Source of the DNA: Antedon mediterranea
Lineage: Eukaryota > Animalia > Echinodermata
DNA length: 64,000 bases
Direction: 5' to 3'
Assembly (NCBI RefSeq): GCF_964355755.1
Contig: NC_092670.1
Span: forward strand, 41,205,388 to 41,269,387
Within the stretch, counting starts at the first letter, position 1. Every line of letters starts with the position of its first letter. Shown here piece by piece: positions 55,201 through 64,000 of this stretch. Position numbers and translations under genes: made by a program. The notes below the pieces were generated by a model that searched no databases, had not been told where the DNA came from, and was given only the letters and a program-made list of their open reading frames with translations.

Positions 55201-57580
55201 AAAGCTTTTGATCGTGTTGATCATAATGTTATTATTATAAAGTTGATTGAACTGGGTGTGAGGTCGTCCATAATTCCCATCGTCTGCAGCTTTCTCACTT
55301 CCCGTTCTCTCAACACCAAGTTTGCTGGGATTTTGTCATCTTCAAAGTCACTGACTTGTGGTGTCCCACAGGGGACATTGCTTGGCCCTGTACTTTTCCT
55401 AGTACTTATTAACGATGCTTGTGTTGATTGCTGCAGACGATGGAAATATGTGGATGACCTCACCCTTGGGGAGGTCGTTCGCAAAGGTGATTTGCCTTCC
55501 ATGCAATCCCTGTTAGATGATCTGAGTGTTTGGTGTTCATCCAATAATAAGATACCCAAACCCTCCAAATGCCATATCTTGGTTGTCAATTTTCTTAAGG
55601 ACAAGTCGGATGATATTATATCGCCTTCGTTTAGTCTGAGTGGTTCCATTTTACAAGTAGTTGATCACTTGACGCTTCTTGGTGTAATCATTCAAAATGA
55701 CCTGAAATGGGAACTTAACACAAATAATATTGTGTCTAGAGCTTCTAGACGTTTATTTTCCTTGTGCATTTTGAAGAAAGCAGGAATCTTAATTAATGAT
55801 CTGTTGACTGTTTATATGGCGTATAAACCTAGGAAAAATATTTTTAAATATTCTTAATTCTAGGTTAACACAATTTACAAATAGTAAAAAGTTAATTCAT
55901 GAGGAACAAGCAGGCTTTCGTAAGGGATATAGAACGACAGATAATATATTCATTTTAGATACCCTCATCTCTAAATACTTAGATAAAAAGCGGGGTAGGA
56001 TTTTTGTTTGTTTTGTTGATCTTAAACGTGCCTTTGACTCTATAAATCATACACTTTTACTACATAAGTTGAAATGTATCGGTGTTTCAGGCAGAATGTC
56101 ACACATAATAAATTCCTTATACCAAAACTTATCTGCTCATGTTAAAATTGGCAACAAACTTAGTCCATCTTTTAATTGTTCGATTGGAGTACAACAAGGT
56201 TCTCCGTTGTCGTCTTTACTCTTTAATATTTACATTAATGATTTGAGTGGTATACTTAATCAGGTAAACGATTTCATTCAAATTGGAGATTGTCATATGA
56301 ATCATCTTCTTTATGCAGATGACTTAGTGCTTGTTAGTGATACGGTGAAAGGTCTCCAAAAATTAATAAATAAACTTGAACTTTATTGTGATACTTGGAA
56401 ACTTACTGTAAACACTACAAAATCCAAAATTATGGTTTTTAAAAATGGCCGCAATTTAAGGAACATTGAAAAATGGAAGTATAAAAATATTCAATTAAAA
56501 ATTGTTAATTCGTATAATTATCTTGGTGTTATTTTTAGTTCAAATGGTGCATGGAACAACTCAATGCAACATAATCAACAAAAAGCAAATCAAAGTTTAT
56601 TCTCCTTAAAATCATTCATTTATCGTAACTTATCTTTTCTTCCAATTAATACATGGAACCATATCTTTGATGTGAAAATACTTCCTATTTTAACGTATGG
56701 AAGCGAAATCTGGGGAATGTCAGATAGCACAAACATTATAGAAAAAACACATACTAAATTTTGTAGATATTTATTGCAAGTTGGAAAAAATGCACCAAAT
56801 GCCGCTGTTACTTCTGAGTTAGGTAGATTACCACTTTCTGTGGATTGTTTAGTTACAGTTATAAGATTTTGGTTACACATTATTACTTTAGATCATGACA
56901 GATTCATTTTTAAGTGTTATGAGTTTCAACTTAGAAAAGTTAACCGTAATGAGAATTGTTGGGCACAACAGGTCAAACACTTACTCTTTTCTACTGGTTT
57001 TGGTTATATATGGTTACAACAATATGTTAATAGTAAAGGTTTATTTTTGAGAGAATTTAAGTTGCGCTTATGTGATATTGAAAAACAAAAATGCATTCAA
57101 AAATTTAGTTTACATAATAAGTTAAGGCTCTTTTCTCTTTATAAAAAAGAAATATGTTTAAGTTATCACTTGACCAACATCATTAATTTTAAACAAAGAA
57201 GATTATTAACTAAGTTACGTTTAGGGATATTAGAGCTAGAAATTGAAAAGGGCAGATGGGAGGGTGTAGAAAGATATAAGAGAACGTGTAAATTATGTAA
57301 AAAGAACATTGTTGAGGATGAATATCATTGTATTTTGCAATGCACATTTTACAATGATTTAAGAAAAAGTTTTATTCCAAGATTTATTCGTGTTTTTCCT
57401 TCTATTAATAAGCTTTGTTTATTACTTTCCAACACAAATTTTACTTATAATTTAGGAAAATACGTCTACTTTGCTTTTGAAAGAAGAAACCATTATCTTA
57501 AGTTATAGTTAATTTTTATTTGTTTGTATTAGGGCCAAAGGCCAATATACTTTGAACCAATAAATTCCCTGAAAAGGGGG

Positions 57581-57625
<45 letters not shown>

Positions 57626-60600
57626 GGCGTATATAAGACCTATTTTAGAATATGCTGCCCCTGTTTGGCATGGCGCTATCACTAAGGACATGTCCAAGTC
57701 TATTGAAAAGGTACAAAAGAGAGCATTGCGTATCATGCTAGGTTACAACTATTTGTGCTATGATCATGCATTGTCTGTTACTGGTTTACCTACTCTTGTT
57801 GAGAGAAGAAACAAACTTGTGTTGTCTTTCGGGGAAGGCTTATTAAAATCCGAGCTGTTTAGAGAAATACTTCCCCCTCTTCATAAGCCAGCTCGGTCTC
57901 TCAGAGTCAACCGCTTTCTAGAAGTACCTCATTGTAAAACCAGCAGACTTAGGTCGTCTCCAGTTCCCACCATGGTGGATATAATTAATAGGCACCACTA
58001 GCTCTTTTTTAGATATGTAATAAGTGAATGTTTTAAGGTTTTTTATTGATGTATGTTTTTAATTGTATGGTACGATATCTAATTTTATTAAGATGTTTCT
58101 ATTTTTATAGCAATTTTAACTAATTTTTAGTCATTTGTAATACATTTCATTTCAGTCCTTGACTGTCGTTTTGTAATATATTTTTATATACCGAATAAAT
58201 AAAAAAAAAATAAATGTTTGGTGTTTTATGCTCTTTTATGTTCATACATTATATTGTCGTTTAATCACCACTCTGTTTACTATTCTTACCATTGAAACAT
58301 AAAATTGTTGGTGTTTTATACCTCCTTGCTTGAGTGTTTAATATTCCACAGGGTCACTTGAGCTTGAGTGGGATTTCAATAGCTTAAAATGACATTTGAT
58401 AGGCGACAGTAGCCTGCAAAGTGGCTTATTTTGGTAGTTACAAAGCACTATGAAAGTAGATAGATAGTAACATTCCGTACTGTGTTTGATGACTGCAAAT
58501 CATAAATCGTAGCCTAATTTATATTAACATAATTGATATTTCATATGAATTTGTGGAAATAAAATTCTCCTTTATTTGATAGTCAACTTTAATTTTAAAA
58601 ACAGATGATATACTGTACAGTTAAGTTTATTTTGTAAAAAGTTGATATAAAATATGTTTAAATTTCATTGCAGAATCATCCAAAAGTTTGAAAGCAAGTA
58701 AATTTAATGAGGAAGTGTACGAGAATTGTTTATCTTCAACAGTTCATGATTTAGAAGGCACAATTGATGAATCTCTTGAAGATGAACTCAATGATTTGAT
58801 TAAGGAATCTCAGAAGTGCTTGGAGTTTTATATAGATAATACTGACTTAACAACAAACACTTTAAATGTACCAAAAACAACATCTTGTTTATTAACTGAA
58901 GAATATAAAGCAGAGGATGCACAAGTCAGTACAAATATAAATGTTGTTGAATGCAATGAATTATTAGAAAACAACATTACCAGAAGTGGAATCAATGAAT
59001 CAAATTCTGTTTTGACAGTTCGTAATTGTGAAAAAAGAAAGACAAAATTAGAAGAAGACCCTGGTGTTTTAAAATATTCTGATTTTAGATCTTCTGATCC
59101 AATCTTGCCAGATAGTTTAGAAAGTACTGACACAACTCCAAGGAATTCATTTGTGGGGAATACTACATCTGAATTAGAAGAAGACCCTGGTGTTTCAAAA
59201 TATTCTGATTTCAGATCTTCTGATCCAATCTTGCCAGATAGTTTAGAAAGTACTGACACAACTCCAAAGAATTCATTTGTGGGGAATACTACATCTGCAT
59301 TAGAAGAAGACCCTGGTGTTTCAAAATATTCTGATTTTAGATCTTCTGATCCAATCTTGCCAGATAGTTTAGAAAGTACTGACACAACTCCAAGGAATTC
59401 ATTTGTGGGGAATACTACATCTGAATTAGAAGAAGACCCTGGTGTTTTAAAATATTCAGATTTCAGATCTTCTGATCCAATCTTGCCAGATTGTTCAGAA
59501 AGTACTGACACCACTCCTAGGAATTCATTTTCAGAAGATTCCTCATCTGGGTTAGAAGAAGGAGACAACATGAGGTGGAAAAAGAAAGGAGACCATCCAG
59601 AGTATTCAAAGGAGGAGTTCATGGAGGAATATTCTAGACAAACAAGCTCTAAGAATTCACAGAAAAAAGCTAGAAATCCAGCTAGAAAGGACTCTGTTCA
59701 AAATAACAATGTATTTGAAGTTGAACAAACACAACAGGCCAGTGGCATGAACCAAAATACTACACAATTGAAACATTATCCTGACGCTTTAGAAAATAGA
59801 GAATTGACTACAAATTCAAGTGACTTACAGCACCAAAAGGTACAAACAGGATTTGGCGGAGGAATTTTTATTGCACCACCAAAACCACCAAGAATTCAGT
59901 CTCAACTGAGTGAATCGTCAATAGAAAATGATATACAGTCAAATCCACCTAAAACAAACAGGAGTATGAGTTTACCAACACCACCACCAAAGCCCAGGAG
60001 GAGATCAGTAAAAGATGAAAAGGGCAATGAGGCAGAACATTTGGGATCAGCTACACAAGTAGATATAAATCAATCACAAATTACTATGAGATCAATGGGT
60101 CAGCAGAATGGAAGTGACCTTGTTAGAAGGGATCATTCAGAAACAGACTACAGAACAGCAAACCATCAACTGTCTTGTGATGTGGGTGATTCACCAGTTG
60201 GAAACAACAATGAAGATAAAATAGTCATACGCAATAAACAAACAGACAGTTGTCGTTCAGAAATCGTTAAAGAACATCGTAAACAGAGTTTGAAACAATT
60301 AGCAACACCAGACTTTCCTGATGATGGTTATTTGAGAGATGACATTACCAATGATCAATATGAAGATTCTGATACTGATGATCAATACTTTGATGCTGAA
60401 ATGCACTTTCGTGGTTGGACGTGGGTGTACATTGGTGATGATGATGAATTAAATGCTAAGTTGCAGAGTCAAGGTCATGGTAAGTTTTAAAATGTTATCA
60501 TGCAGTAAAATATGGATACAATGCAATCAATTACTGTACAGTACAGTAGTACTAAAGTACCATACAGTATTTACTTATACATATGTTTTTTGTTATTATT

Positions 60601-63466
60601 GCTAGGGATATATATAATAATTTTAAAGTATTATAATCTTTTGTATTGATCATTTTAATCCCTTTTAAACAGATTATAAGAATAATAAAGAAGAAGATGA
60701 TGCGTTTAAAGATGATACAAGTTCTATCTCAACTACAGCCTCAGAAAAAGAGTTCAAAATACAAGTTAAAACAAGCATTGTACGAAAATGCTCTGAGATT
60801 GACTATCAAAGAGTGTCTATGTATGGTATGTAGAATATATGATAGTACAGCACAAGGTATTATTAATGTGTTAAAAGGTAATAATATTCATTTGTCTTCC
60901 AGCAAGGGAAAGAGATATATGTTTAAATAAGAAGAATGGTCTATTTGGTCTGCGTATTCAAAGAAGTCGCCCTGTTGTTGTGACTGAGGTTGATAAAGGT
61001 AATCATTGTTTTTTAAAGCCTAAGATATACTAAATGAACATTATTTGAAACTCATGGTACTGTATGGGTATTCAAAGAAGTCGCCCTGTTGTTGTGACTG
61101 AGGTTGATAAAGGTAATCATTGTTTTCTAAAGCCTACAATATACTAAATGAACATTATTTGAAACTCATGGTACTGTATGGGGAATTTCCATTCTAATAT
61201 TTGTGTGAAATCAAACTGAATGAATTTATTGTTTAATTATTACACAGGTGGTGCAGCTGAAGAAGCAGGAATTAAAGTTGGTGATGTAATTCTTAGTATT
61301 AATGGAAATGATGTTAGCAGAGCACCGCATTCTGAGGTTGTTAAGCTTGCATCAAGTCAAAATGGTGAATAAGTAATTAGACCTCTTCTGGTATATAGCT
61401 TCCTTTTATTTTGGACAACCACCATAAAAGTCTTCCATCAAAGTCTAACCCACACCAGAAACCTTAGATTACCTCCAAGTACTATTTTTGCCACAAGCCA
61501 ACCCTTGAGATTCCAACACTCTGCAGAATTTGATTTAAACTCTAGAAATTAGATTAAAAAAAATTATGATTGTTATTTTTTAAATTTAATTTCATAATAG
61601 CATTTATTATAAGATTTAAAATTAGTTTATATAATTTTATTTTTATAGAGAAGGATGAGTTAATGTTAGTAGTTGGCACAAATGTATGCAACAGTTTAAA
61701 TGTTGCTTCAGATCAAGCAGTGATGTCGGGTTATATGTACAAGAGAGGTGACAGTGGAATAATGCAGTCCTGGAAGAGACGGTGGTTTGTTCTTAAACAA
61801 GACAACTGCTTGTACTATTACAAAACTCAACAGGTACAATTAGTACCACTTATTATTTACTATAAACATAAAATATGTTTCATTCATTCATCCATTTAAT
61901 CTTTTATTCAGAATCTCTGGTCCATAGAAAGTAAAATTACATATAAATTATTATTTTTTCTCTTTATTTTACTTTTTATGTATACTTTCTTTAGGATATA
62001 GATCCACTAGGTGCAATTGTTCTTGCCAATTACACTGTTGCAAAAGCATTCAACATTGATAAACCATTTGCATTCAAGCTGAAGAAGTTTAAAGCTAAAA
62101 CATATTACTTTTACACTCAATCTAAAGAGGAATTCAACAGGTAAGACTAATTTATATTTGTACTATATGATTGTGTAAAGTGCTTACTACTACTGCTTAT
62201 ACATAGACACAACCTAATGTGACAGAATACAAAAACATGAAAAGATTAATTAAGATTAATAAAATCAGATTTTAAATAGGCCATTTTGTAGTTTAAATAG
62301 ATATCCAAAGATATAAAAAGACAAAACAAACCGCTAAATTCAACGGCAGCCAATTTGACTATTTTTTGTTTTAAATTTCAGTTTTTTCAGGCAAATATTT
62401 TTTTTTTTTTTTTTTCAATTTTTGGTCAAAGTGAATAACTATTATGGAACATATTGGCATTTTCAACAACAAAAATTGAAAAAAATTATTTTTTTCAGGG
62501 GGAAAATATATATTTAAATCATAAAATAAATATATTAAAATATTTGCTCTTTTTTCTTGTTTTTCATCTTCCATGACAATTATTACAAAATGGTTAAACT
62601 TGTTTTTTTTCTTTTTATTCAAAACAACTGTTTACAGATGGACTTCTGATATCACCGATGCTACACATCAAACTATAAATTCTAATATTTGGATGGGAAT
62701 CAGTTCACATAATGTTCAAATTTCAGCATTATCAATTAATAACCCTGAATGTACAGGATACTTAACAAAGCAAGGTGCACATCGTAAGAACTGGAAGCGT
62801 AGATTCTTTGTCCTCAAAGATGCATGCATGTATTATTATGAGAATAACAGTTCTCAAAAAGCTATTGGTAAGTCTCTCTCTTTCTTAATTGGTCTTTCCA
62901 ATTTAGTTGTCTATATTAAATCTTTTAAATTAAATTTAATGTTTTTATTTCAGGTGTTGTTCATTTCCATGGTTACACAATCCAAGAAATTGGTACAAAT
63001 AATAAGAAGTTTTTGTTTGACTTAATACCCCCTGAACTAGAGCTAAGAACATACCATTTCCAGGCAGACCATGAAACTGACCGAAAACGGTATGTTTTGC
63101 ATGTGCTAGCTATTAACTCTGTTTCATACTTTATAATAAAAGAAAAATATTTTAATTTTTAACCCGAATGAATGTGAAAATATTTGTCGTGAGGTAATTT
63201 CCCGAATGATCGTAAAATCAAAACGGTACTGGGTTTTGGTCTACTAGCGTTCCTGCTCCAAACTAGTCATCTCAGCTTTATCCCCATCCTATTTCAGTTC
63301 ATTTTAATATGATTTATATACATAATACACTACTACATACATAAAAGTACTAGTTTAAATGTGTCTTTGCAGATGGGTAGCAGCGTTGGCATTGTCAATA
63401 GGCAAGTGGATCAGAACAGATATCTGTAACTCAGATGATGAGGAAGATTGTGAGATGCTCATTTGA
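52292..63466 (+). CDS. PDZ + tandem PH domain protein with a long acidic disordered N-terminus
   Basis: Putative first coding exon 52292-52325 (phase 1) joins in frame to the large exon starting at 58674. PDZ: LFGLRIQ..PVVVTEVDKGGAAEEAGIKVGDVILSING. PH1: SGYMYKRG..SWKRRWFVL. PH2: TGYLTKQG..NWKRRFFVL. TGA at 63464. The start assignment is tentative. Confidence 0.8.
53350..58215 (+). mobile_element. Degenerate CR1/L2-group (Daphne/Crack-like) LINE with APE + RT, interrupted by a second LINE
   Basis: APE: LANARS, TETWL, GGGVAI, LDKI, SDH. RT: LRPISL, QFG, DFTKAFD, GVPQG, YVDD. Frameshift at about 54450; the ORF resumes at 57624; aataaa plus A-tail at about 58195-58210. Confidence 0.93.
55826..57621 (+). 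mobile_element. 5'-truncated young LINE (RTE-X-like) with poly(A) tail and 12-bp TSD
   Basis: Open frame 55826-57508 with EEQAGFR, FVDLKRAFD, GVQQG, LLYADD and C-terminal CKLC..EDEYH..C; ~42-nt A tract; TSD atatggcgtata at 55814-55825 and 57622-57633. Confidence 0.95.
59046..59530 (+). repeat. 120-bp (40-aa) x4 in-frame coding repeat
   Basis: LEEDPGV(L/S)KYSDFRSSDPILPDSLESTDTTPRNSFVGNTTSE. Confidence 0.95.
60954..61182 (+). repeat. 114-bp x2 duplication of a PDZ exon end plus donor
   Basis: gataaag|gtaatc at 60999 and 61113. Confidence 0.92.
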
Positions 63467-63589
63467 TGGATGCTTAGAATTAGTACACATTTATGCAATG
63501 TAAACACTGTTACATCAAATTGTTACTTTTACCTTGTATGCTACTACATACCATATCTCATTTTTCACATCATATGCTATACAAATCCA

Positions 63590-64000
63590 AGTTTATCTCA
63601 CTTTCACCTTGTATGCTACACAGCCTACTAAATCCTAGTTTATCTCACTTTCACCTTGTATGCTACACAGCCTACTCAATCCTAGTTTATCTCACTTTCA
63701 CCTTGTATGCTACACAGCCTACTCAATCCTAGTTTATCTCACTTTCATCTTGTATGCTACACAGCCTACTAAATCCTAGTTTATCTCACTTTCACCTTGT
63801 ATGCTACACAGCCTACTCAATCCTAGTTTATCTCACTTTCATCTTGTATGCTACACAGCCTACTCAATCCTAGTTTATCTCACTTTCACCTTGTATGCTA
63901 CACAGCCTACTCAATCCTAGTTTATCTCACTTTCATCTTGTATGCTACACAGCCTACTAAATCCTAGTTTATCTCACTTTCACCTTGTATGCTACACAGC
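63590..64000. repeat. 47-bp minisatellite downstream of the stop, running off the window
   Basis: Unit agtttatctcactttcaccttgtatgctacacagcctactcaatcct. Confidence 0.95.

Noticed and set aside
57565-57580. Histone-like stem-loop (cccttttcaggg on the minus strand) before the LINE poly(A)
   Set aside because: It is on the wrong strand, has only a 4-bp stem and lacks the outer GG/CC pairs; probably chance.
58828-59622. 264-aa minus-strand ORF
   Set aside because: Antisense of the repetitive large exon of the PDZ-PH gene.

Overview
AT-rich, intron-dense animal genomic DNA, most likely a marine invertebrate (inference; not prokaryotic). It holds nine protein-coding loci: TDP2 (+), a divergent Argonaute with an intact catalytic tetrad (-), HMGCL (-) head-to-head with DDX54 (+), an intronless class A GPCR nested antisense in a DDX54 intron, PHTF (-) head-to-head with TMEM60 (+), an NAD(P)H-dependent FMN reductase (-) and a PDZ-PH-PH protein (+). 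Mobile DNA includes a young RT-encoding LINE inserted into an older LINE, nested Helentron/HINE elements, P-, Kolobok- and Harbinger-like MITEs, and three non-autonomous DNA elements with 8-bp TSDs and asymmetric ends. The most striking pattern is that most genes carry tandem arrays whose unit straddles a functional boundary. Units that include a 5' splice site occur at 29, 18, 5 and 22 copies (plus several doublets), one that includes a 3' splice site at 3 copies, and units that include the last codons and stop at 4 and 5 copies. The spliceosome therefore has to pick one site among many near-identical ones. All coordinates and counts were read by eye.
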